The notes under the pieces were generated by a model. It was not told the origin of the DNA. It worked only from the letters and a program-made list of their open reading frames with translations, and searched no databases. Positions 1-12,199 of a stretch of 64,000 nt of DNA are shown in pieces; position 1 is the stretch's first letter, and every line of letters begins with the position of its first letter. A program made the translations under genes and the position numbers. Source of the DNA: Raillietiella orientalis (taxonomy: Eukaryota); the NCBI GenBank assembly GCA_036172245.1, contig JAYWIR010000007.1, positions 2,356,001-2,420,000 of the forward strand, in the 5' to 3' direction.

Positions 1-199
1 GGAGGAGAGTGCACGGCGTGAGCGCACATCTTCGTTTACACGATGATGAGCGCATATCTTCGTTTCGATGCTCAGAGCTGGGTCTCGCGTTTCAGATATC
101 TGCACGATATCCTCACGCCGATTTACGGGTGGTGGACGGAAGAGGGGGCGTAGAGCTCCACGTTCTAATCTGAATGCGCCCCAGCAAGTAGGTCAATTC

Positions 200-1500
200 A
201 AGCACTCAAGAGTACCGCACTTCGAGGCTGCTAGTAGGACTCTCTGATGTCCCTCGACGACGACTGTTGCTATGGTCGCGGAAGCCTGACGAATCGGTCC
301 CTGCTGTCACGCTTTCCGTGGACACTCACGCGAGAGTCGTCCAGCTGGAAGCAGCCGTTGCGGAGGAGGCATCTGGATCTGTCTTCGTTCTTCCCGGAGT
401 TCTTCATCCCAGCGATTCCCAGTGAGACGAAGGGGAGGCATTCTGACGAGAGCTCCGTCGTTCTCGAACGAAAGAAAAGATCGCGAAGCTGGCTCTGCCG
501 AGGCTTCCCGGACGAACGAAACAAAGGGAGAGGGTGCTTCGGCAAGGTCCGCCTGTGAAACGCTCCCATGCAACATTGTCTTCGTGGTTCCTCGCGAGGG
601 ACCCTCTATCCCTTCTCTCGTTCTCCGACGGCAGCAAAGTCTTCGGACCCGGGCCGTAGGCGGCTGCATGGAAACCAGTGGTGGGGGCTCGCATGTTCCG
701 CTGCCATTTTCACCTCGTCCTTCTCTTGCACCAGCACGGACGCGAGTTCGCCTACTTCCAGGTCCGGATGGGAATCTCTGCTTCCTGGTGGAGGGTGCAG
801 GTAAAAAGAAACAAATGCTGTCAAAGGCCTTCCCCCACCCTTTCGACAGTGGGTGGGCGTCCCTTCAGTTGCTTCTCTTCGAAGCTTCTTTCTCTGCCTG
901 CGAAACGGGGCTTCGGCTGAACAGTGTCTACATTAAAGAGGGTGGCAGCGTCCAGTTTCCAGGGATGACCCCAGTGAAAAAAGGATCCTTTCGACTCGTC
1001 CCGAGGAAGAGAAGTGCGAGCGATGCAGTTGCAGCCGTCGGCCGGCTGCTGCCGAGGTGATGCTCCGAGAGTGATAAGCGCTGAATGGATATCCTCTCTG
1101 TTGCCGAAGAATTCTCCTCGACCTCAAGAACGCATACCGTGCACGAATGAAGGCCAACCTTCCTCTCGCCGCAAGGTTTCCTGCAGAGAGGGAGTCCTAG
1201 AAACCTAAAATGACACGACAAACAGAGTCCGCTACGCTTTCTTGCAGAGACGGGGATTGGGGGTGGGGGGTGAGAAAAGGTCAACACAAACGAGGTATCC
1301 AGCGCAGAAAGGAAAAAGAGGCTTGCAAGACAGGTGACCAGGAGAGGAGGCTCGAAAGGCTGTGGCGGAGACAAGGTTGTGCAAAGAGCGGTGTGCAGTC
1401 TACACGCTGACCCTAAACCCCCTGTCCAAGAATTTGTCTGAAGCACTCCACCCTGGGGAATCAAAACTTATGGTGATCAGAACTGAGGCTACGGTGACAA
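200..1500 (+). mobile_element. Degenerate LINE RT fragment
   Basis: MSLD (~247), FPEFFI (~390), RGFP (~500), ETGLRLN (~902-923), QFPGM (~953). Confidence 0.45.
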
Positions 1501-1549
1501 TTTCCTTGTCTTTCGTTTCTGCACCGTTCTTTCGCCCACATGGCAAAGA

Positions 1550-3150
1550 GGACCCTTCCTCCACGGTTGGGATTCTGTCCTCTAGGCGTAGCTGACTCTC
1601 CTGGTGTTCGAGTGGATCCCTCTCTTTCCTCGTCTTCCTAGCTCTGCGGCTGACGTCCCGGTAATCCGCGCTTTCGCGTTTGCTTTCCAGGTGGATCCCA
1701 GCCCGGCTGAATGGAAGCGCTGGCAAAGTAGCGGAAGGAGCTACCGTCCTCCCTTCCTTCCCCTCCTCCACGTCCCTCCTTCTCTCAGGGCTCTTGAGGA
1801 TGTTTCGCCGCCGTCAACAGCTAAGAGCAGGGACTGGTTTTCGGAGCGTCTGTCCCTCTTTTGCCTTCCCGGAACAATTTGAGGACCCTGCGCTTTCGGG
1901 AAGCTCTCCATAAGGAATGCTTCGGAGTGGTTCTCTCCCGTCCTCTTCCCGCTTTTTCTGACTGCGATTCCAGATCCTTCCTTCGCGGTATCCCGTATCT
2001 CCCAGGAGAGACGTCGTTGACGTTTCTGCCTGCCTTGCTGCCTTTCCCCTCGTTCTCCCCTATCCTTCTAGGAATCCCATCGACTGTCTTACAGGAGGGA
2101 GGGCGCAGCTTCCTGGGGTGTGCGCGGCGAAACTCCTTCTCCCGAGGCGTGCTGCGGACCGGAGGGAAGCGATTCCTCCCTGCAGGCAAATCCAAAAGAA
2201 CCGGCCGAGAGACTTTCCTCACGAATCTCCGGGGGCGCGACCTCCCAGCTCTGGCACGGAAGGAGCCGCAGCCGTGTCGAAAGGTTTGGAATGCCTTCCC
2301 GGTCCTGCGTGTCCTCGTAGTCGATGACCAGCCAGCCTCCTATGGACCCTTTTCTCTCCAGCTAACAGGACGAGAGGAGTAGCCCACGCGGTGGTCGGAC
2401 CGAGGGTGTCGAGCCGACCCCTGCAAGGACTACCGACCTCTTAGCATCCTCGTTCCTTCCTCACTGTGGGTCCCTTCATCGAGCAACCAGAAACCGAAGA
2501 GGCTCCGTCGGAAGACTCTTTGCGTTTTCTCCAAAAAACAGGTCGTGCCCTCCAGCTCCATGGCCGCGCCCTGCGCAATTACGTGTAGCCTTGCCAAGAT
2601 TATGTGACGCACGTTTACCCCTAATGCTACTATTTCCTGCCTCTCAGGAGCCCGTGATAAAATCTTTCGCGGATGGATGTCGGATGCACCCTTTTCCTTG
2701 TTCCAGGGGAGGAGAGCCACACCTCGGCAGTCCTATCTACCTGCCTCTTTCTGCGCGCATTTCCGCAATGAGAACGTTGGACTCGATGGGTCCTTTGTCG
2801 GGTGCCCTTTGACTTCAGGCTGCTCTTCTTGGTAAGGGTCTCCGAGAACTTCGAGAGGTCGTCTCTCGGGAGTCCGCGAAAGCACCGGCCAAAAACAGCA
2901 ACGCGCGACACATCGGCACGAAGTGCCTCTTTTATTTCGGATGTGGCCGTCGTCTCCGCACCCCTTCTCGCGTCCCAGGCGAGCACCGTGTTGTCTCGGG
3001 CCGCAGGGGACACGGCGGGTTTGGGGCGGGATTGGAAAGTCAGGATAGAGCTGCCTTTCGGCCGTCTTCTGCTTCCCTCTCCAGGTGGCCGATGCTCTTG
3101 ACGTGGTTTTCGAAGCTTCTGTTCACCTTCCTTAGGGTCGCTAGCCGGTC
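1550..3150 (-). mobile_element. Degenerate LINE RT
   Basis: GPIESN (~2788), RKILSR (~2665), LVIDYE (~2325), GEGVSP (~2135), VNDV (~2018), SAG..N (~1890) in RT order. Confidence 0.55.
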
Positions 3151-3213
3151 CTTTCGGGACTGCAGGCAGCCTTCGTCCGCTGCTGAAGCGCACGGCGTTC
3201 TGGAGTGGAGCTG

Positions 3214-3258
3214 GAGAGAGAGAGAAAGAGAGAGAGAGAGAGGAGGGAGGGAGGGAGA
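3214..3258. repeat. (GA)n/(GGGA)n microsatellite
   Basis: Direct reading of the sequence. Confidence 0.9.
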
Positions 3259-3435
3259 CAGGGAGATGCCCTTGCGTGAGGCAGGACCGCTGCTGCGTCG
3301 CGCACGCAGCTTCGCGACCTTGGATCGAGCTCTGACTCTGCTCCATGGCTGTCTACCCCCCTCCTCCCCCAGCACCTCCTCAACTCTCCGCGTGCCCTGT
3401 CGAGGGTCCCTCCCGCTTGAGAAAAGTTGCGACGT

Positions 3436-3700
3436 CATCATTATTGCTGTTGTTATCACATTAATCACATTACTATTAGCATTATTGGTGCCATCATTGA
3501 TGAGTCACCATCACCGTTGCTTTTACTATGTCTGTGGCATTTATTATTATCGCACTGTTGCCGCTGCGACTACCACTATTACTACTACAGGTCAATTAGT
3601 AACATTTTTCTTCCTACTGTCATCATCATTGTCATTGCAACTGCTGCCATTGTTTCTGTGGCATTCATTGTTATATTACTATCATCGCTACTGCTGCTTG
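3436..3700. repeat. Cryptic AT-rich trinucleotide repeat (ATT/ATC/ACT/GTT)
   Basis: 3-bp periodic low-complexity tract in otherwise GC-rich sequence. Confidence 0.85.
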
Positions 3701-4445
3701 TTGAGGAGTCTCGGCCTCGTCATTGGAGCGAGAGCGCACGTTCTCTGAAACCCATGAGAGAACCTTTCCCAGCTCCTCCCCAAGTCCTGTCGTCCGAGTC
3801 CCCTCGATCACTCGCGAGCTGAAGGAGAGGTTGCCAGCTTCCAAAGGCACCTCTCCGCTACCAGGGGAGGAAGAACGGCAGGAAGTTGATTTTCTCAAGG
3901 GGGGAAGATTAAACTTTGCCTCTCGCTCCTATCCTGTGAGGCAACGCCGGGACGCAGGTGGCGCCCTTGGGTGCCGAAGTGAGCGCTCCTGAGGAACGCG
4001 AGAGACACCCGAACAAGGAGGAAAGCAAGAAATTCGAAGTGCAATTCAGGGATGTGCCGGAGGAGGCTAAAGGGACTGCTCCCTCCCGTGTACCAGTACG
4101 AACGACGGGACGGCAATCCTCACCAGCCGTCTTCGGCGGGAGAGTTCCGGCTCTGGCGCGGGGCGAAGTCGGTGTCACGCGGCTTGACCTGAGTGCGGGC
4201 GAAAGGGCACCCCGTCTCAGAGTGCAAAATGAGGTGAAGAGGAGGACCTGCAACGGCGGGAGGGAATTGGAGGAAACCACCTAGAGGAACGAAAACGTGA
4301 CTCCTCCAGACGTGGGTCCGCTGCCGCACCGACCGAAGTTCACGGAGGGAAGAAAAATCACGCGGACGGGAGATTCGGGCCGGCTCCAAGCGAAAGGCTT
4401 GATCCCTCTCGCCTCTAAGGCTCTCGGCTGTCCAGGTTGACCCCT

Positions 4446-4466
4446 TTACTTCTTGGAACCCGCAGC
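4446..4466 (-). CDS. Candidate terminal coding exon of the minus-strand gene (AAGSKK-stop)
   Basis: Acceptor CCGTCTCCTTCCCACCTCTAAG| in phase 0, followed by TAA. Alternative: exons 4247-4124 plus 3988-3909, which also have good splice sites and an open phase-0 frame. Confidence 0.3.
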   Translation of the reverse strand, partial: AAGSKK

Positions 4467-4588
4467 CTTAGAGGTGGGAAGGAGACGGCAAGGGTGCGCG
4501 CGCCCCTCCCTCCTGACCCGAGCACGCCGTTTGCCTCCGGAGACAACCCATCCGGACGACATGGTTACGCGCGCAGGGTCTGACTTAC

Positions 4589-5040
4589 CGTGCTTGGAAG
4601 CGGCCGCCTGCCGTCGGCCTCCTGTAGGCCGATGCAGGCGTTCCCCGGGTGTTCTCCCTCCTTCCCGTCCAGCTGGGTGTCCACGTCAATACTGTAGGAG
4701 TGCAGGTCGACGTTGGTCCTGACCTGCATCCCCCTCTCCTGGTCGCCTGTCGTGTACACGCGTGTCTGGAACCGCTCGCTGTCCGAGTCGTCGATTTCTA
4801 TGACCAGCGTCCCCACTTTGATCCTTGCCCGCTTGATGCTGGCCGGGATGAAGACTTTCCTGTAGCTCTCGGATCTGGCGTGAGTGCTGTGGCGACCACC
4901 TGCCGTCTCCAGGGATGCACTCTTGCGCGGGATCACAGCAGGAGGCGGTAGCGGCGGCGGGCCACTGGACGCGCAGTAGCACTCCAGGGGGACCCTGATA
5001 GGCTTCGGGAAGTGCAGGTTTGAGGAGCACTCGGGGATGT
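4589..5040 (-). CDS. Uncharacterised protein, internal exon (DIPECSSNLHFPKP..KVGTLVIEIDD..LPST)
   Basis: Strong acceptor TTTTTTGCTCTTCTTGCAG| and consensus donor ACG|GTAAGT. 452 nt open from phase 1 to phase 0, with coding-like codon pattern. Confidence 0.68.
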
Positions 5041-5149
5041 CTGCAAGAAGAGCAAAAAACAGGACACTGTGCAATGCCCTTTGTCGGGGATAGGAGGGCA
5101 CGCGCGGACCGATCCGGGTAAAAAGAGGAAGTAGGGGGAATAGGGAGGG

Positions 5150-6150
5150 GAGCTCCCGGAGGAGTTTGCAGAAGCAGGGGCAGATGTCTCAACGTTGAAT
5201 CCCTGTAGGTGGACGGCAGCGCGGGCGCTCCGCCCCTCCTTCTCTCTACCGCAGGCAGGAGAGAGTTGACACCACGAGACCCTCGCCCGTCTCCAGGATC
5301 ATCCTTAGGGCTCGCGCGCGTTCGGACGGCAAAGACGCGCTTAGGGAGGGGGGTATAGCTCTGACTTCCCGGATGGAGGCTTCAGGGAACGGAGGCTCTC
5401 CCGACCTCCGCAGTCCCTCCCTTGCTCTTGTTTCCCTCCGCGCATCCCACCGTGCTCGCTCGCCCTTCGAAGGGGGCGTCCTCCCAAGGGAAGTGAGATC
5501 GGGCAAGTTGCGCGTTACCTCCCTACCTTCTTCCTTCCGGAGCAGTCAGGGAAGAAACGGGCATTTCCTGAGACGAGGAAGCTGCGTCTTCTGGACCGTA
5601 CGAGACCTTACTGTAAAGATCCTCCCAAATCTGCCAACCCGGTAGGAGGGCCTAGAGGATTCTCTGCAGGCGAGAAGGTGGGAACGCAAAGAGAAGCCTG
5701 CGGAGCTCCTCCCTCACAGGAGGCGCGGGCTGAGGCGGGCGCAAGAAAGCAGAGCTCGTCCGTAACGGGCCCGGGCCCAAGGGGCTCCGATCATGACCTC
5801 GTGCTTCCGCCCGGCTGGAACGCTCGCAGAGCGCCCTCGGCGCCTATCCCTCAGTGCTGAGCCGCGGACCTACTGCTTGACAACCCTCCCCAATTCACGC
5901 GCGCTCCTGCTCCAGTCTGCCTCGGAGGCGTCTGCAGGAGCAATGCCCGAGGCGGCTCCTTCCCTGTCAACCGGTGGTCGGGCCCGAAGCTTGCCTCTGG
6001 GGCAGTCTCCACGCACCCATCCGCCCCTTCCTGGGAATCGCTGTTTCCGGAGGTGCTTCCCTGGTGCCGCCCCTCCAGCGCACGGAAGCCCGTGGTGGGT
6101 CGAGGCCTCCCGCATTTTACGCTCCTCTTTCGGATCTCGAATGAGGTAGC
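5150..6150 (-). mobile_element. Intronic degenerate LINE fragment (RT N-terminal part)
   Basis: PFPEASIREV (~5380), ALRMILETG (~5300), TYRDSTL (~5200); weak. Confidence 0.38.
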
Positions 6151-6503
6151 AGGCAGGAAGAGGGGGAAGGGGAAAGAAAGGCGTCCTCCACTCCGTGCTT
6201 ATGCCAGGGACTCGGGGAAAGCGAAAATTCCTCTGTCTCTTTTGCGCCTTCCTCCCTTCCCTGCCTCCCTAAACGGGACTCTTGCGCCCTTCTCCGAGGA
6301 TGCCCTGTGTTCCGGAAGAGATTGCCTGTTTTTCTCGGGATTGTCGCTTGGCGAATGGGCCTTCCTGTGAAATGGGCAGGCATTCACTCACGGGAAGGAG
6401 GGAAGCGAAAACGTTAGCAAACAGACGGGTATCTGGAGGGAGAAATAGATTCCCTCCATTTCCTTCACTTCCCTGAACCAGCAGGAGTATTTTTTTTTTT
6501 TAC

Positions 6504-6622
6504 CTCGGAACTTGGGCAGCTCCATCTCCTGAGTGTCGCCGCCTCCGGGGCTGATGGAAGAGAACGTGGAGATGCTCGAGGATCCGCTGCTTCCATCTCT
6601 TTCGCAATCCCACGATTCGTTG
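6504..6622 (-). CDS. Uncharacterised protein, internal exon (Ser-rich: NESWDCERDGSSGSSSISTFSSISPGGGDTQEMELPKFR)
   Basis: Pyrimidine tract plus AAG| acceptor; donor AG|GTAAAA. Its 119 nt exactly bridge phase 2 (exon 8252) to phase 1 (exon 5040) without stops. Confidence 0.6.
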
Positions 6623-7299
6623 CTTCGGAGGATAAATAAAAGGCAGATGACGGCGCCATTGACCACCTTACAGTCGCCGCGCGGCAAAACGGAGACCTCA
6701 CCCCCAATGCACAGTATGGAAAGGCGCTCTTCACCTGTCTCCTGCTACCGTGATCAGGGATGCGCGAGCTGCAACGAAGAGCCCCCTGACCGTTTTCGCC
6801 CTTTTCTCTCTTCAAGAACTTCTTTCCCCGCTTTCCTCCACTGCTGCGAACCACCACGCTGAACGGAAAACTCCGACAGCGGGGAGCGATTCTTCGACGT
6901 TCCGAAGAGAGATGGCAGAGGCAGCAACTGTCGCTGATTCGGAGGCGCGAGCCTTCCTTTCGCATAGAGGACGCGGCACTCTCCCTTTCGCAGAGGGCCC
7001 ACTGCCGTCCGTTTCTTTAGGCCACATGGGTGGTGGTGGGTGGGCGAGAGGAGCACCAGGAGCAGTGGAGGAACCGAGAGGGAGGGAGGGGAGAAGGAGA
7101 ACCGGGATAGCGAATCTCACCTGACCAGAGCGCTCATAGCCGGCCGTCGAGCCCCTCGAGCGTTTTCAGATGCTCACCTGAAGCCTTTCCCCCCCTGCCC
7201 TTCTACCTCGAAATCTCCACGTGCCAGAAGCGGTGCTACCTCCGTCTTCTCCCCCCCCCCCCCCCCCCCCCCCAAGATCTCAATGACTTTGGGCAACTG

Positions 7300-7850
7300 A
7301 CTCTCACCCCAGAAGGGGGGAGGGGAGGGGGAATCTGGAACGCGTGAGCTGCGAAAACGGCGCTCAATTCCGAAAATGAGGGCGAGAGTACCACGGACAT
7401 GGACTAGGGAGTGGTGCATCCCGTGGTGCGTGAGAAAGGCCGGGAGCGAATTCCTCGCGGAATGTGTGGGCAAGGCTCAGGGAGGTTCGAGGAAGAGGAA
7501 CAGGCGCGTCCACCACCGGCCACCATCTCGCCGGCCGGGTGTTAGGCCCGCTCAGGGAGAGAGCGCGTTCGCTCCCGTCCTCCCTAGGCGGCGCCTTCTT
7601 CCCGTGCCTGCGGCGCGGCGGTTCTTCGGTCAAGACACGTCTTTTCGAGTCGAGAAGCAGGAAGATAGCCGGAGTCCGAAACGCCGGAGGAGGACCGAGC
7701 GCGGTCTCCTCGGAGACGCCGAAAGCACCAGAGTGAGACTCCAGACTCGGAGTCTTGGGTTGAAGGAATAGACGGATCTTCTGCCTTCCTACCCCCTCCT
7801 TCTCCCTGGCAAAGAGACCAGCACGAGTCGACGGAGCAGGCAGCGCGCAG
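7300..7850 (-). mobile_element. Intronic degenerate LINE RT fragment
   Basis: IRLFLQPK (~7770), SLAHTF (~7470), HGMHHSLV (~7420), RVPDSP (~7340). Confidence 0.42.
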
Positions 7851-8251
7851 TCACCGAGGAAGGTGAAGGGCATGCGAAGAGACTTGTGTCTCCCCCTTCC
7901 TTCTATCCGAAGCAGCGGTTAGCCTTCTCTCCCGCAGTTGCCGAAGACCTTGGTCCGAGCCCGGATGCCAGGAGCGGCGGCAGGAGCGCTGCAGACGAGG
8001 AAACGCGTGCGTGCGGAGAGCCAAAGCTCTCCCCGTTCTTTCCCCCCTTCCTTGCACCTGCTCGGTTCCTCCTGACCCAGCCATCACTTCCAGCCTTCTG
8101 GAACGGCGCCACTGCCTCCCGAGGCAATCAGCGACCCTTCCTCCCAGCAACCGCGCCTGCGCCCGGCCCGGGAGGTCCATCAGACCTCCGCCGGAGAGTG
8201 GGTCGGGCGATGCGCCGGCTGCGACTGCGCGAGGATGGGCGGACTGCTTAC

Positions 8252-8448
8252 CGAGATGCGAACTTCCACTGACATGCTGATCCGCGTAAGCTTTCCGGAC
8301 TGATGTCCAGGGGGTGCAGCGTGCGTTCCGCCAGCTCCGTAGGCTCGTGTTCTTCCTGACAGGGCTCTTGGCAGCCTTCGGCGCGCTTGTCCGGGCAGCG
8401 CTCCTCCTCGTCGTCCCCTCCTTCCTCATCAAAGAGGGAGGCGCTCAT
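8252..8448 (-). CDS. Uncharacterised protein, first identified coding exon (acidic N-terminus MSASLFDEEGGDDEEE..)
   Basis: Acceptor CAAGCAG immediately followed by ATG. Third positions strongly G/C-ending. Donor CG|GTAAGC at 8252/8251, phase 2. Confidence 0.6.
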
Positions 8449-10199
8449 CTGCTTGGACACGAGGCTTGTTACAGGAGGAAGCCCGTCCTCCCGTCCCGTC
8501 CCCTTCTTCCTTCTTCGCGCTTCCAGCGGCCTCGTCGGGAGATCAGCCGCGAGGCGCGCGCGCCCCGCCCGAACGGCTGCTCGTCACTTTTCCGAGAACA
8601 GCCGGGGTGTTTCGATCGGGGTGCGGAGTGGAAAGTTCCCGTAGCTCTCACGGGTCCTTGGGAAACGTGCGTTCCCCTCAGATACACGTGATTTGAGAAC
8701 AAAGATCCACAAACACACGCGTACGTCGTTCACACAAGCATCCGGACGTACGGGTGACCGGCAGCACTAAGGTTTGTGCATTATATACCGAAATGTACCC
8801 TCTGCGATGTAAACGTTCGCAATGTACACGGGATGAGAATCTTCCAGAGAGATGAAGAACGCACGGACCCAGGCTTCGTGACTCCAGTGTATCGATCGTG
8901 TACAGGAATTTATTAGTGATTCCCGGTACGCTTTAAAGCACTCATAGTTGCCAGGTAACGAAGAGTATGGGAACCTTTCCCTTCTCTGGGAGGAGCAGTG
9001 GCGCTTGATACCAGCATCTGGAGCCGCAAGCGGAGCGCGTGAATAATCAGGGAGGTAACGAGCTCGGGATCGGCCTGAAATCCGGGGAGGGAGAGGACTG
9101 AGGGGAAATTTGGCCAGCGGTCTCGATAAAATTTCCGATCGCTCTTTTGCGCAGGCAGCCAGAGCGGACGGAGGGGCGCCAAACTTTGGAGCAGAACCAA
9201 TTTCAGGCACCATCGCCTGCAATCGGCTCGCAAATTGGCTGCTTCCCTGCAATCAAGGACGCCTCTCTTTTCCATACCTCGGATCGGACGGACGGCAGGG
9301 AGGACGCTCCGTCATCTCACGGAGGCATCCACACATGCGTGGGGTGCACGGACGCGCGCGCGTCGGGAGTCGCTGCAGGTCCCTCCGAACGGTGTGCCTC
9401 TCCCTTTTTCGCGTTTTTTTTCTTTCCCTAGGGGATACCTGCGTGCCCTGTGCAGGGCAAATTCTATCCTTCCCTTTCTTCCCCTTCCCATTCGTTTCGT
9501 GCGCCCCACATCAGCGCTAGACGCCGGCGTAGGCGCACCTCTCCTGCTGCGCGTGGTGCGGAAAGAACGACTTGCCACCCCCCTCCAAAGCCAGCTGAGG
9601 CATATTCCTTTCTGATTGGGCAAGAGACTTGAGAGCGTCAATACTGGAGGTGTTTCCATTCCTCATAAAGGGGCTCGCAAAAAGGAAAGCCAGCAAGAGA
9701 CAAAGGAAGCCTCCTACGAAATCCCTTGAGTTTGAATTCAAATGAGATTCCCAGATGTCCAAAGTTTCGAGGAGTTTACGGAGACGGGAAGGTTATTTGC
9801 GAATTTCAAATGCGAACCGGGACCTTAGGGAAGGATCGAGCAACACCCCTGTTGCATGCTGAGTTCTCGTTTCGTCCGGTCATCCGCCAGAGCAAGACGT
9901 CGGGATCAGGTGCAAACGCCATTTATTATCCATCCTGTTAAGCGCTTTGGCCAATTCATCATCGCTCCAGAGAACGACAATAAAAAATTCATCAAGAAAA
10001 GGACAAACGCGTCGGAAAGGAGAGTACAAATGATCTGGGTGGCCAAGCAGGATGAAACGATTCCTAATGAAATGCTATGGAGCTGCGTACGCAAATGCTT
10101 GAACATAGGAGAAGGATGCTATGAAATTCATACATGAGCCTGCAAGAGTTCCAAAGTCTCACAAGCACATTTATGAAAGTGCAGACTCCGCAAATCATG

Positions 10200-10232
10200 G
10201 AGAGAGAGAGAGAGAGAGAGAGAGAAAAAAAA
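10200..10232. repeat. (GA)12 plus A-run
   Basis: Direct reading. Confidence 0.9.
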
Positions 10233-12199
10233 TCAATCAACCAAATGCCACACTGAAGGGAGAGATGAGATGCGTTCATCCGACACACAGGGAGGGCAAT
10301 AACTGCATCACGTCCTCCGGGAACTTGGCTAACTCTGCCGAGAACAGTCATGGTTTCATGGCTCCAATTTTTTTTAACTTGGTGCGACGCTTTTTTTTTT
10401 TTCCACTCGCTTGCTTTCCAAGGAACGAGAGCAGCGTTGCCGATTGGCGAATTCCAAAAGACAACCGTGTTTCCGGAAACCCATCGCAAGCAAGCAATCG
10501 CAGCAGAAGAGCGGCTCCTCGATTCATCATGATCCCTCAATCTGGCATTCGACGAGCGCCATTCATCAAAAGTCCCATCCGTGGCGACCAGGAAAAACTG
10601 TGCACTTTACATATGGGTTGCTTACAGTGAATTACCCTTATTGGAAGTGAACATCCACTCCCCTTTGACTCAGAAGATTATGTACAGAAGCTCTCCTTAT
10701 CTATCTCGGTCTGTGCATACATGCTTTCAGTTTCATGTCGGGATGGCATCCCGTGAATTGCATTTCCTCTATCTGAGTTCATATACGGGTAAAAAGCATC
10801 AAAATGCACATAACATGTATTGGAAGTTAATGCCGATTACATATCAAAAAGGTGCACTCTTGCATGCAGTTATTTGCTGTATTATGTGAAGGCCGAAATA
10901 TCTAATTTTTCCACACTACAAGTGCAAAACGTGCAATGCATGCTATGGAGATATCACAGATAAGGCATGCGTTATAAGAAGGTAAGTAATCAAAACTACA
11001 CACGTTTGCATGCATGCATACATATGTGCGGAAACATAAGTAATGAGGGCTTTAGAAAGTCATTTTATACGATTCTTAAAACCATTTCAAGAGCGTTTGG
11101 AAAATTCACTCAAATAGCAGTAAAGTATTTCAACATCATCATAAATCCAAGTTGTTTCTAGCATAACATACATACCCGATTTATAAATTCCGATTCTGAA
11201 ATAGATTCCTGAAAAGAAAAGAAAACACGAATACATTAGAAGCAATTTGTGAGTTTTTTCTGACAGTTTCAAAAATTGTCATAAGAGTGCTGAAGGAGAG
11301 TGGGAACACCGTCATCTTGTGAACAACTCAGCTAAAAATAAAAATCTCGGTTCACTCAACAATGCTCGGAGTAGGCCCTGATCAGGTCCGCTTCCGGTTT
11401 GCCAGAAAAAAGCGTGGGAGGCCAACCATTCTCACGCTGGTTCCTCAAAACTTTCTATACTTTGTATGCTCATCTCAGAAGGCTCAAAGCGTTCCAAATG
11501 ATCATTCAAAATAATAATAATAAAAAAAAAATGCCTTTCGTTTTCAAGCGTCTAGAAGAGCACTTTTTTTTTTTTTTGTGCCTCCATGAGGATGTAAACG
11601 AAATGAATAATTCCGGCTAATCTCCCGGCTGTGGTGGTTCTTCAGAAGGAAGTCAATGAATTTTTAAAGAAGCCTGAAAGTGGTCCTCTTCCAAGCACTC
11701 GACACCGGACAGATTCGCCCAAATTAAGCGGATACTACCTATGCCAAAACGAGTAAGTCCCATCTTACAGGTATTTTCGCGTGGGAGGTTAACAACCAAC
11801 ATTGTAGTCACTTTGACTGCCGGCAAATCAGTCAGTGTACCTGGGGAACTTTGATAAGTGCACGCCCCCCTCCCCCCCCGTTCTAGTGTGGCATTCTCTT
11901 GGTGTGTGCGCTGCGAAGGCTGTGGTGTGAGCAAACAAACAAAAGGGGAGGCCATGTGAGAAAATTGGGAGAACCAGGAAAAATTGGGTAGGACGTGAGG
12001 TCGGTATCCGATACAACGGCGGGGAAGGTAAAGCCAAACCATTCTAACGGACGTGCTGTGAGAGATCAAAAGGAAAAAACTGAAATAAAAAAATAAGATT
12101 GAGAGGGAGAAAGGGAGGGAAAAAAAAATGGGAGGAACGAAAAGAAAAAACGTTGTTCCTCGCGCTACGAATGCTTTTCGGCGCAGATTCTAAAGATCC

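Noticed and set aside
307..552. Phase-0 terminal exon for the minus-strand gene
   Set aside because: Weak pyrimidine tract, and the segment reads better as plus-strand LINE RT remnant.
3032..3748. 238-aa ORF with apparent transmembrane segments
   Set aside because: The hydrophobic stretch is the translation of the ATT/ATC cryptic microsatellite and the ER-repeat is the (GA)n tract.
6275..6361. HDV-like ribozyme (ends GGCGAATGGGC)
   Set aside because: Could not build the P1/P2/P3 nested pseudoknot upstream.
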